From positions 1 through 62,221 of the IMG/VR virus record IMGVR_UViG_3300008120_000047: 62,221 nt of DNA. One strand, written 5' to 3'. Made by a program: the position numbers and the translations under genes. Shown piece by piece: positions 1-7,627 of the stretch (position 1 is the first letter of the stretch; each line of letters starts with the position of its first letter). Origin of the DNA: a virus (Duplodnaviria > Caudoviricetes). Below the pieces are notes generated by a model. That model was given only the letters and a program-made list of their open reading frames with translations. It did no database searches and was not told where the DNA came from.

Positions 1-114
1 GAAAGGAATCCAAGGATTCGAACTCCCGCCTGAGACGGGGTACATGGTCAGCTACAAGCTGACTGAAGACCGAGATTTCTTGGTCATCGAAATCGATGAC
101 GACCAAAACATGAC
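1..114. repeat. Terminal direct repeat, copy 1 (circular assembly overlap)
   Basis: 1-114 is identical to 62108-62221 and lies inside an ORF that reads through the junction. Confidence 0.97.
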
Positions 115-415
115 CAGAACTTGGGCAGGGAACCTGTTCGACGTGCTGTGGCATCACGCAGATTACAGGCTCATTGACGTGATGTTAGACCAGGAGTTCA
201 TTGACGGGTACTACAACCTGTTCAGCGACAACGAAGCGGAGTCCCGTAAGATTGCCATGGATGTAGAATACATCGGGGCTTGGGTTGAGGACGGAAACTT
301 AATCGGAGATTACAGCAAGCACTTCGACACGTTAGGTGATGCGATTGCATTCGGGAAAGCGAACGAGCAAGCGGCCATCTACGACCTCGCAAACAAGACC
401 TCCATCTATCTCTAA
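1..415 (+). CDS. 3' part of junction-spanning conserved phage protein
   Basis: GGATL/GYMVS/YIGAW/EQAAIYDL motif pattern recalled from a widespread uncharacterised phage family. Confidence 0.8.
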   Translation, partial: KGIQGFELPPETGYMVSYKLTEDRDFLVIEIDDDQNMTRTWAGNLFDVLWHHADYRLIDVMLDQEFIDGYYNLFSDNEAESRKIAMDVEYIGAWVEDGNLIGDYSKHFDTLGDAIAFGKANEQAAIYDLANKTSIYL

Positions 416-436
416 CCTAAAGGTTAAAAAAATAAA

Positions 437-469
437 TTTGGAAATGTCGAACTCATCGCCGTATCTTTG
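437..469 (+). promoter_or_regulatory. Early Bacteroidota primary-sigma promoter
   Basis: TTTG (437-440), 21 nt, TATCTTTG (462-469); A-tract upstream. Confidence 0.85.
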
Positions 470-491
470 CGGTGTCAATCAATCGAAACAC

Positions 492-788
492 ATGGACAAC
501 ATCACAACACCCCGCTACCCCCGTCAATGCTCCGTCACAGGACGTGGCATGTACGACGGATACTGCATCGACAACGGCATGTACTATGCTTCCGATGTCA
601 GCTCCTTAGCCATCATCCTCCGTGACAAGTACGGGTTCCGCGAAATCACAGACGCAGACCTCACGTTACCCATGACGGACAGCCTTCAGGCTATCCTCGA
701 CGACACCTACGAGGACGAGCTGTGGTACTACACCGAGTGGTCGGACGACGACGAGCCAAACTACGACGAAATTGAACTTGAATTCTGA
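492..788 (+). CDS. Acidic early hypothetical protein
   Basis: Start moved to ATG 492, downstream of the promoter; D/E-rich C-terminus. Confidence 0.75.
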   Translation: MDNITTPRYPRQCSVTGRGMYDGYCIDNGMYYASDVSSLAIILRDKYGFREITDADLTLPMTDSLQAILDDTYEDELWYYTEWSDDDEPNYDEIELEF

Positions 789-801
789 ATCACATCACGT
801 C

Positions 802-1059
802 ATGAGCAACGACATCGAACAGACCTACCTGCGCCTTAGAGAGACGGAGGAGTACTACTACAACAGGTACGAAGAGTGCTTGGCAAAAATCGACTATTAC
901 ACATCCAAAGGATGGCCTAACAAGCACGTTCGAGAGGACTTATACGACTGGCTTAAGTTCTATTCGGGAGCGGCCATCAGCAGAGCTGAAGACATCGCCG
1001 ACATGGAAGCAGAGAACCCTGAATTAGCAAATATCAAAATCAATCACATCACGTTATGA
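802..1059 (+). CDS. Hypothetical protein
   Basis: ATG 802 is preceded by CACATCACGTC; stop overlaps next start. Confidence 0.7.
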   Translation: MSNDIEQTYLRLRETEEYYYNRYEECLAKIDYYTSKGWPNKHVREDLYDWLKFYSGAAISRAEDIADMEAENPELANIKINHITL

Positions 1060-1271
1060 CACGACACGAACTTGAAACCGCAATTTGCGGAGCAATCATG
1101 CGAGGCGAAGCGGCCTACATGTACATGACCCACGAAGAGACACGTTCCTACGGAACAGCGGTCACACTCCCCTCACCTCAGACGTCAGGCACATACACAC
1201 AACAGCGTACCTACGCCATGCTTGAGGCACGGAAGTTGGCCGATGAACTTCAGAAAGTGAACTGGTTATGA
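1056..1271 (+). CDS. Hypothetical protein
   Basis: ATGA overlaps at both ends. Confidence 0.7.
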   Translation: MTRHELETAICGAIMRGEAAYMYMTHEETRSYGTAVTLPSPQTSGTYTQQRTYAMLEARKLADELQKVNWL

Positions 1272-1399
1272 GAAAGTTAACGTACATCAACCCCGTATCT
1301 GAGCGAATCATGCGCTCACTTGAGGAGCGCATCGACTTCCACAACGATGAGTTGCGCCGACTGAATCGAGAGCTAACGAAGTTAATCGAAGAACTATGA
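1268..1399 (+). CDS. Small coiled-coil protein (43 aa, absent from ORF track)
   Basis: MRKLTYINPVSERIMRSLEERIDFHNDELRRLNRELTKLIEEL; ATGA overlaps at both ends. Confidence 0.7.
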   Translation: MRKLTYINPVSERIMRSLEERIDFHNDELRRLNRELTKLIEEL

Positions 1400-1596
1400 G
1401 ATACACCTTTGACCCCTACGTCCTGAACGTCAGGTACGACACGACCTGTGACGAGACAGGAAAGATCATCCGCAAGGGTGATGAAGCAGTCCGATTCCCC
1501 AATACAGGGCACATCTTCTGCCTCGAAAGCAACACCTACCGTGACTACCTGTCACGACTCCACGATATGCGTCTCGAAGACGCAATGTTCAACTGA
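1396..1596 (+). CDS. Hypothetical protein
   Basis: Coupled ORF; CDETG...FC may bind metal. Confidence 0.7.
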   Translation: MRYTFDPYVLNVRYDTTCDETGKIIRKGDEAVRFPNTGHIFCLESNTYRDYLSRLHDMRLEDAMFN

Positions 1597-1634
1597 TTCC
1601 CTCTCAAAACACAAACCCTTTTAATTCATTTACA

Positions 1635-1988
1635 ATGAAAAACTTTTTTGTTCTCCCCCTGTTCGTCGCTTTCAGCGTAGCTGTTTCTGCTCAAACCTTC
1701 ACCGCAAAGACCTCTTCGGGTGGTGGATTCGATGTCACCTCAGGTGTCGAAACGAAAGACGTCTTCGAGCTTGATGGCAAGACCTTCCCTGTACGTCAGA
1801 CGAACAACGGGTCACGCTATGTGACTGCCACCAGCAAGTCAGGCAATCCGTATGCCGTTTGGTTGGGCCAACCGACTGAAAACGAGTTCGAAGGCCGCAC
1901 GGTTTACGTCACGAAGAACGGGTCGTTCTGTGTCTACATCATCGGAAGCAACGGCTTCCCGTATGCAAAGTGGTTGGACAAGAACTGA
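1635..1988 (+). CDS. Secreted/periplasmic protein with Sec signal peptide
   Basis: MKNFFVLPLFVAFSVAVSA|Q; signal peptidase I site followed by Gln, typical of Bacteroidota. Confidence 0.8.
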   Translation: MKNFFVLPLFVAFSVAVSAQTFTAKTSSGGGFDVTSGVETKDVFELDGKTFPVRQTNNGSRYVTATSKSGNPYAVWLGQPTENEFEGRTVYVTKNGSFCVYIIGSNGFPYAKWLDKN

Positions 1989-2016
1989 CCTAACTCATTG
2001 GTGAACAGCCACCAAA

Positions 2017-2089
2017 GCCGCATTAGCTCAGAGGCCAGAGCAGCTGATTTGTACTCAGCGGGTCGGGGGTTCGAATCCCTCATGCGGCT
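2017..2089 (+). tRNA. tRNA-Thr(UGU)
   Basis: Acceptor GCCGCAT/ATGCGGC; anticodon arm GCTGA-TTTGTAC-TCAGC; T-loop TTCGAAT; no encoded CCA. Confidence 0.93.
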
Positions 2090-2095
2090 CACATC

Positions 2096-2173
2096 ATGAA
2101 ACAAGCAGTTGACTTTTTAATTGCTATTGCAATAATCCTAATTTTTGTTTATCTAATCACAAAAAAACCATGA
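2096..2173 (+). CDS. 25-aa single-TM peptide
   Basis: MKQAVDFLIAIAIILIFVYLITKKP; stop overlaps the next ATG. Confidence 0.55.
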   Translation: MKQAVDFLIAIAIILIFVYLITKKP

Positions 2174-2472
2174 AAATCACATCACACCTCGAGCACGGCC
2201 ACGACCATGAAGAGGTCGAAGTCATCTCAATCAAGTACGTCGACGTAGTTTTCGAGCGAGACGAAGAAACAGCATACCAAACTGTTTTGTCCAATTGGGT
2301 TGTGGAAACCATATACAGGCATGGCAATTTCTACGAAGAAACCGTGACGCTAATTCGGGCAAGCGTAATTCACCGTGACTCAAGAGAGAAGCTGTGCAAA
2401 GCCGAACTCTCCGAAGAGGAAGAGGAAAAAATCAAAGATTACATCTCGAACATAGAAATCATGTACCCATGA
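2170..2472 (+). CDS. Acidic hypothetical protein
   Basis: Coupled ORF in early operon. Confidence 0.7.
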   Translation: MKITSHLEHGHDHEEVEVISIKYVDVVFERDEETAYQTVLSNWVVETIYRHGNFYEETVTLIRASVIHRDSREKLCKAELSEEEEEKIKDYISNIEIMYP

Positions 2473-2882
2473 GCAACATCAAGCTACGATTCCACCTCGC
2501 CCAAGGGCCGAACTTCAAGCATTGGCAGTTGAAAGTAGACGAGGCCGTTTCTTACTACAACCCCGACAACACATCATTCACGATGCAAGACGTGACGCTC
2601 GTCAATAACAAGTCCACGGCACGCAAGATCCACGAAGGCGCGAACAAGACGGTGTGCGCATGGCTTCGACCGAAGCAGGTTCAGGTTAATAGCCTGAATC
2701 TCAATGACCTAAACCAAGCCTTCGATTCCATGCTGGACATGAGGAAAGAGGGCACGTTAGTTCAGGTCATGTACAACCCACGTGAGTTCCCACACTGGGT
2801 AGACAACAGCGGGAACAACTTGGATGGACGCACCCTCCGCAAGGCCATGACCATCGGGAAGCTCATCTACGCTATCATTTAA
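2469..2882 (+). CDS. Conserved phage protein (DVxL...KTVCAW...YNP family)
   Basis: Likely start ATG 2469 (ATGA overlap). Motif pattern recalled from a widespread small phage family; similar segment in the 3249-aa protein. Confidence 0.75.
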   Translation: MSNIKLRFHLAQGPNFKHWQLKVDEAVSYYNPDNTSFTMQDVTLVNNKSTARKIHEGANKTVCAWLRPKQVQVNSLNLNDLNQAFDSMLDMRKEGTLVQVMYNPREFPHWVDNSGNNLDGRTLRKAMTIGKLIYAII

Positions 2883-2920
2883 TCAGTCCTACGAAGTAGG
2901 GAAAAATAGTTGCTTGAAAC

Positions 2921-2952
2921 CTTGGAAATGTGGAAACAACGGCATATCTTTG
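2921..2952 (+). promoter_or_regulatory. Early promoter upstream of tRNA-Ile
   Basis: CTTG, 20 nt, TATCTTTG (2945-2952); shares TTGGAAATGT with the promoter at 437. Confidence 0.8.
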
Positions 2953-3011
2953 CCGAAGTTCGTTGAAAGACAGAGTCCTGCACCTCTACGTTATGAAAGG
3001 TGCACCAACAT

Positions 3012-3085
3012 GGGGGCGTAGCTCAGTTGGTTAGAGCAGGATTCTTATACAATCAAGGCCGTAGGTTCAAGTCCTACCGCCCCTA
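3012..3085 (+). tRNA. tRNA-Ile(UAU)
   Basis: Acceptor GGGGGCG/CGCCCCT plus A73; anticodon arm GGATT-CTTATAC-AATCA; T-arm GTAGG-TTCAAGT-CCTAC. Confidence 0.88.
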
Positions 3086-3106
3086 CAAGGACGGTCTTTC
3101 AACGCC

Positions 3107-3189
3107 CCTCACCCCCTGCCCTGCGTGAATGTCGATCCCGTATCGTTGAGTGGTGTCACTCTTAGCGTATGGGTGGGGGGCTTACGAGG
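3107..3189 (+). ncRNA. Candidate three-way-junction RNA downstream of tRNA-Ile
   Basis: 3112-3121 pairs with 3171-3180 and 3122-3126 with 3165-3169; inner hairpins CGAT/ATCG and GAGTG/CACTC. Confidence 0.45.
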
Positions 3190-3211
3190 TCAAACAAAAA
3201 AATTAAATAGA

Positions 3212-3439
3212 ATGAACAGGTATAAAGAGATGTATTATGAGCAGAACAAGTCACGTGATGCTAACGGAATGATGCAAGAAGAGCTTGATTTCCTGTTCGA
3301 CTTGATTCACCCGTATCAACACTGGATCAAAGCGCATGACACCACAGCAAGCGTGAAGAGATACTTCCGAAATCGATACAGCAACGACATCAACAATTAC
3401 GTAAAGCCTCAGATAGCGGACATAACCCCTGAGTTTTGA
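3212..3439 (+). CDS. Hypothetical protein
   Basis: Likely start ATG 3212 after an A-rich leader. Confidence 0.7.
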   Translation: MNRYKEMYYEQNKSRDANGMMQEELDFLFDLIHPYQHWIKAHDTTASVKRYFRNRYSNDINNYVKPQIADITPEF

Positions 3440-3453
3440 ACCTTTAATCAGCC

Positions 3454-3735
3454 ATGAACAACATCGGAAAAAACAACTTTGAGTTCACTGGAATTCAAGC
3501 AGGAACTAAAGTACTTGTTAGTCGAGATGAGGAGGAATGGCAAGAACGCATCTTCCTGACATCCATCCAAGGTGCATGGTATCCTTATATCTGTGTGGCT
3601 ATAGACTATGAAGATGACTACCTACATGGAAAACCATTTGAAGTAAACACTTGGTTTGACCTAAAGGAAATCCAAGGTGAAAAGACCATTGTGCTACCCC
3701 CGTTACACTTTTCAGGACATTCAAATGCGGTTTGA
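3454..3735 (+). CDS. Hypothetical protein
   Basis: KVLVSRDEEEWQERIF resembles a common small phage family. Confidence 0.7.
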   Translation: MNNIGKNNFEFTGIQAGTKVLVSRDEEEWQERIFLTSIQGAWYPYICVAIDYEDDYLHGKPFEVNTWFDLKEIQGEKTIVLPPLHFSGHSNAV

Positions 3736-3767
3736 CATCACTTTTCAGGACTTAAAACAAAGACAAG

Positions 3768-4001
3768 ATGGCTAGGAAAATTGAGTATAGGGTTGTTCAA
3801 GAGGCAACCCGCCCTCCGTACTACTCGCTTGAGTACTTATGCTTTGATGATAAGGGCGAATTTATTGTGAAGGGCGAACCCCTTCTCTTAGGAAGGAGTC
3901 TTAAGGAATTACGAGATACATTAGTAAAGATGATAGAAGCAATAGACGCGGTAGTCATGGATGAAATTAAGACAGGTCAAATTGCACCCGATAGGTTGTA
4001 A
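3768..4001 (+). CDS. Hypothetical protein
   Basis: ORF in co-oriented cluster. Confidence 0.7.
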   Translation: MARKIEYRVVQEATRPPYYSLEYLCFDDKGEFIVKGEPLLLGRSLKELRDTLVKMIEAIDAVVMDEIKTGQIAPDRL

Positions 4002-4031
4002 AAACACCCTATTATTTACAACGAATACCCG

Positions 4032-4292
4032 ATGAGGTATAAGCCTAAACACCCAGCAAAAACAAGTCAAATGAAACCAGAACTCATGTCCGCAAGCTTC
4101 ACCTTTGGACAAGAAGGTAACACCGAAGGAACGACGAGTGAGTACGAAGAGATTACCATCGAATATCAGAATCCGTTTGATCTTCATCATGGGTTCTTCG
4201 TATTACGAACCACTGGCTGGTCTATTGACAACGCAGCAGAACTTGCAGAACTCTTGGATAGGATTATAAAAGTAGACACCAAAGAGAAATAA
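4032..4292 (+). CDS. Hypothetical protein ending TKEK
   Basis: ORF track; start may be ATG 4071. Confidence 0.7.
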   Translation: MRYKPKHPAKTSQMKPELMSASFTFGQEGNTEGTTSEYEEITIEYQNPFDLHHGFFVLRTTGWSIDNAAELAELLDRIIKVDTKEK

Positions 4293-4294
4293 CA

Positions 4295-4468
4295 ATGAAC
4301 GAACAGCAACTGATTTCGCTTGCCGAGACAGGCAACGACGAGAAAGCCAACGAAGCTATGGCTATCCTACGCAAGGATTACGACCCTACCTATGTGTGGT
4401 GCGCTGACTGCGATTACCTTGTGGTGAAAGAGAAAGATTGCTGTAACAACAAAACCAAAGAGAAATGA
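4295..4468 (+). CDS. 57-aa Cys-rich protein ending TKEK (absent from ORF track)
   Basis: MNEQQLISLAETG...WCADCD...DCC...KTKEK; ATGA overlap with next gene. Confidence 0.7.
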   Translation: MNEQQLISLAETGNDEKANEAMAILRKDYDPTYVWCADCDYLVVKEKDCCNNKTKEK

Positions 4469-4665
4469 AAATAACTCTTGAGGATTACCACCACACTTGC
4501 GCAGATGGGTGCTGTCATACCTACGGTTATGACCTTTTTGTTGACGGCAACAAAATCGGCAGCTTCGAAGACGAAGACGTACACCGATTGATTGAACTGC
4601 TAAACGTATGGTTTAATCGTTTGCCCAAAGAAGCTGGGATGACAAAACCTGACTGGTGCTGGTGA
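4465..4665 (+). CDS. Hypothetical protein (CxDGCC motif)
   Basis: YHHTCADGCCHTYG. Confidence 0.7.
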   Translation: MKITLEDYHHTCADGCCHTYGYDLFVDGNKIGSFEDEDVHRLIELLNVWFNRLPKEAGMTKPDWCW

Positions 4666-4688
4666 CTATTAACTCTAGCTGGTGACTA

Positions 4689-4722
4689 TTCCACAGAGGG
4701 AAATGCGTTTCCTTCTGTGGAA
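4689..4722. other. 15-bp intergenic hairpin
   Basis: TTCCACAGAGGGAAA-TGCG-TTTCCTTCTGTGGAA; one G-T pair, no U-tract on +. Confidence 0.7.
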
Positions 4723-4753
4723 ATAACTAACTAATTAACAAGCAGATAAAAAC

Positions 4754-4987
4754 ATGAAAGTAACAATGGAATTTGAACTCCCTGAACAGGAACCTGAGTT
4801 CAATCGTGCGGTGAACGGAGCTAAGATGGCACTGATGATTCACGACTTGATAGAAGGCCTACGAGTACGATACAAGCACAAGGATGATATGTCTGATGAC
4901 GCACGAGAAGAATGTCTATACACCCGCGAAAAAATTGGACAGATGTTAGATGATTACGGGCTGTCGTTTTTGTACAACAACGAATGA
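4754..4987 (+). CDS. Hypothetical protein
   Basis: MKxTxEFxLPE...A.NG pattern of a common phage family. Confidence 0.75.
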   Translation: MKVTMEFELPEQEPEFNRAVNGAKMALMIHDLIEGLRVRYKHKDDMSDDAREECLYTREKIGQMLDDYGLSFLYNNE

Positions 4988-5106
4988 TACACCCCTTCTA
5001 CGAGTCATCCCTATGGATCATCACCATCCTTGGATGGGCCATCACAATCACAAACAACATCGAATTGCGAGAGCAACTAATTGAATTTAAGAAAAATGAA
5101 GATTAA
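4984..5106 (+). CDS. 40-aa single-TM peptide
   Basis: MIHPFYESSLWIITILGWAITITNNIELREQLIEFKKNED. Confidence 0.55.
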   Translation: MIHPFYESSLWIITILGWAITITNNIELREQLIEFKKNED

Positions 5107-5710
5107 CGAAGTAACCAAAAACGCAGAAGTTCGTAAGCAACTTCGCCGCAACCTGAAGCATTGGTATTCACAGGCCACTGTTGAGGATAAGTACGAGGGC
5201 CAACGGTGGTACACCGAGGCAAGTCAGTTCGCCTCGTTTCTCTCAGAGAAATACGGGGTGACCAAAGAGATTGCGGCTGGCGTAGTGAGTGCGCTTTCAC
5301 CTAACAACAAGTGGAAGCGAAACAAGATTGACGCAGAACTCGTTCTCTCAGCTTGCGCTGCTGGTATGTCTCCTGATGCAGTCAGCGTATGCACTTTCAA
5401 CGCAAACAAAAAGCGAGCGTTTCAGATTGCCGTAGGCAACTTCAGGATTCTGAAGTCATCCCCAAAGACGTATGCCTTTGCAAGGAACGTAGGAGAAGAT
5501 GACCCATCACACGTCACCATAGATCGGTGGCACATCCGAGCATGTCAGACCACGAGCAAATCACCTATTCAAGTGCAGGAGTCAATCACCTCCAAGCAAT
5601 ACAGCGTAATCGAACAAGAGACCATCAAGGTAGCTAACGAGTTTGGCATCAAGCCACACGAATTTCAAGCCACCATATGGGTATGCATTAAGAATCACTG
5701 GAACCGATAG
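5096..5710 (+). CDS. HhH DNA-glycosylase-like phage protein (DUF7178-like)
   Basis: WY...AAGVVSALSP...W.RN...PKT.AF..N...VTIDRW...FQATIW; the Asp in VTID matches the HhH-GPD catalytic position by inference. Confidence 0.7.
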   Translation: MKINEVTKNAEVRKQLRRNLKHWYSQATVEDKYEGQRWYTEASQFASFLSEKYGVTKEIAAGVVSALSPNNKWKRNKIDAELVLSACAAGMSPDAVSVCTFNANKKRAFQIAVGNFRILKSSPKTYAFARNVGEDDPSHVTIDRWHIRACQTTSKSPIQVQESITSKQYSVIEQETIKVANEFGIKPHEFQATIWVCIKNHWNR

Positions 5711-5812
5711 GCTCCAAAAAACTATCAATCAAATGATTATCTCGCTTTACATAAAGCTTTTTCTAACTTCAATCGGATTTCATCCAAACTTCACACAATA
5801 CCTTTAATCGTT

Positions 5813-6679
5813 ATGGAAAATCAATTTCAATCCCTCGACTGGACTGTCGAGAAGCGCCCTCTTCAACTCGCAGATGGAACCGAGACTCCGTTCTATGCGG
5901 TGGTTCGCAGCGACAACGACGATGTGTTCGCCTCTGTCAAGAAGGGCTACACCCTGTTTCAGAACAGCCAAATGATTAATCTCGTGAACGCCGTGTCAAG
6001 CCATGCTAATGCACCCGTACACAGGGCTGGCGTACTGGATGGTGGCCGCAAGGTGTTTGTTCAACTAAAGTCACCCATGCAGATCAACGGCATCGGAGAG
6101 AACAACGACCGAGTGGACTTCTACACCACATGTATCAACTCACATGACGGGACAACCGCCTTGTCATGGGGCAACTCAAGCCTTACGATTAGCTGCTCAA
6201 ACACATTCTTTCAGACAGTCAAACGTCTCAAAGACCAAGGCCGTGCGAAGCACACTCAGCGGTCCATCGAGGAGGTGCTTGGCATGATCGACAGCAGCAA
6301 GAAGATGCTTGAGGCGGTTAACCTGAGCGCTGAGATGACTGCCGACAAGATGGTCGCTATGTCGAAGAAATCGGTAAGCCAAGATCAAATCAACAAGTTC
6401 ATCGCCGCTATGGTTGACGTTGACTTCGCTCGACCAACTCAAGACATCAACGCCAAGAAGTTCAACCGAGCTAACGCCCTGCGTGATGCGGTATGGGCCG
6501 AGATGAATGAGAAGGGCCGTAGCGCTTGGGGTATGTTCAACGGCGTAACCAAGTTCACCACTCACCTCAGTGGCAACAATGCCGCTCGGCGAGAATCAAG
6601 CAAGATGGTCGGCAGCCACACTATGCTCGACAACAAAGCGTTCGAGCTTGCGTTTAACCTGTCGGGAGCAAAACTTTAA
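5813..6679 (+). CDS. DUF932-family protein
   Basis: LDWTVEKRP, Y..FQN, G.LDGGRKVF, NSHDGT, CSNT, AWG.FN.VT motifs. Confidence 0.88.
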   Translation: MENQFQSLDWTVEKRPLQLADGTETPFYAVVRSDNDDVFASVKKGYTLFQNSQMINLVNAVSSHANAPVHRAGVLDGGRKVFVQLKSPMQINGIGENNDRVDFYTTCINSHDGTTALSWGNSSLTISCSNTFFQTVKRLKDQGRAKHTQRSIEEVLGMIDSSKKMLEAVNLSAEMTADKMVAMSKKSVSQDQINKFIAAMVDVDFARPTQDINAKKFNRANALRDAVWAEMNEKGRSAWGMFNGVTKFTTHLSGNNAARRESSKMVGSHTMLDNKAFELAFNLSGAKL

Positions 6680-6684
6680 TCGCC

Positions 6685-6891
6685 GTGGCGAAAGGAGTTT
6701 ATGACGGAGGTGACGTGCGTTTTGGCACGGCCTCTGTCGCTCTTCAGCATATCCATGACATCATGGATCGATACTCATCGATTGACGTTCTTGCGTATTA
6801 CGAGAACGAAACCCAAGCGATGGAAGAACTGATTATTAACATAGCCGCCACCTTAGCAGTATGCTTAGACGAGGGCTTAATCGAGGAATGA
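6685..6891 (+). CDS. Hypothetical protein
   Basis: GTG-start ORF filling the gap. Confidence 0.55.
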   Translation: MAKGVYDGGDVRFGTASVALQHIHDIMDRYSSIDVLAYYENETQAMEELIINIAATLAVCLDEGLIEE

Positions 6892-6892
6892 A

Positions 6893-7099
6893 ATGAATAT
6901 CACACAAGAGATGACCCACATTCAAAAACAAAACGAACTTAAAGACAAGGCCATGATGCTTGACAAGTTCATGGCTTGCTGCGAGTCATTCATAGACAAG
7001 CTTCGTAACGACGAGGAAACACCTGTTCATGAAATGCATGCTGACTTTGTGAAGGATGTCCTGATGATCAGGAAGGATGCCAAGAACTATGGATTCTGA
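6893..7099 (+). CDS. Hypothetical protein
   Basis: Co-oriented ORF. Confidence 0.65.
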   Translation: MNITQEMTHIQKQNELKDKAMMLDKFMACCESFIDKLRNDEETPVHEMHADFVKDVLMIRKDAKNYGF

Positions 7100-7301
7100 T
7101 ATGCTATACGTAATCACAGCAACCAAGAATAACCGACACGAGATATTCACCTTCCCTGTGGGGGTATACAACAAGAAGGACGCAGCCATCGAAGCGGCGA
7201 AGAACCACAAGGAAGAGTTCGGGAAACACTACGACTACTATGTATACGAATTTAAAGTCAACGTACAAGACACAAGTTCACCACCAATCTTTATGGTATG
7301 A
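7077..7301 (+). CDS. Hypothetical protein
   Basis: GVY..K..A..AA small beta-alpha-beta pattern. Confidence 0.65.
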   Translation: MPRTMDSDMLYVITATKNNRHEIFTFPVGVYNKKDAAIEAAKNHKEEFGKHYDYYVYEFKVNVQDTSSPPIFMV

Positions 7302-7627
7302 CATCACATATGCAGATTCAAAAAATCTACAATCAGTACTACTCGGTGCTGATGGCAGAGAAAGACAACGGATACGAGGTTGAAAAGCTACACCGAGCAA
7401 GGACGATTGATTACGTCCAGCCACGTGCGGCGATCTTAGTAGCGCTCAGTAACAAGTACAGGCCCTTTCACATAGGCAACGCCCTCAAGATGCATCACAC
7501 TACGATCCTGTATCATCGGGATAGGCACGAAGGAAACGTGATGTCGTGGAATGGATATGACCCCCTGTACAAGTTAGCCGAAGAAGTGATGGAAAAATCC
7601 TTCATTGATGGGCAGTTCGCCCTTTAA
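7298..7627 (+). CDS. DnaA domain IV/TrpR-like HTH DNA-binding protein
   Basis: R...YVQPR...IGNALKMHHTTILYH resembles the DnaA C-terminal signature (IG..F.RDHTTV.H). Confidence 0.7.
   Translation: MTSHMQIQKIYNQYYSVLMAEKDNGYEVEKLHRARTIDYVQPRAAILVALSNKYRPFHIGNALKMHHTTILYHRDRHEGNVMSWNGYDPLYKLAEEVMEKSFIDGQFAL

Noticed and set aside
12-42. GGATTCGAACTCCCG resembling a reverse-strand tRNA T-arm
   Set aside because: No acceptor, D or anticodon arms; it is coding sequence (QGFELPPE).
1-114. Terminal repeat as a biological DTR or att site
   Set aside because: It lies mid-ORF and the frame continues across the junction, as expected for assembler overlap.
3125-3211. GTG-start N-terminal extension of ORF 3125..3439
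   Set aside because: Runs through the structured RNA candidate; ATG 3212 has the typical A-rich leader.
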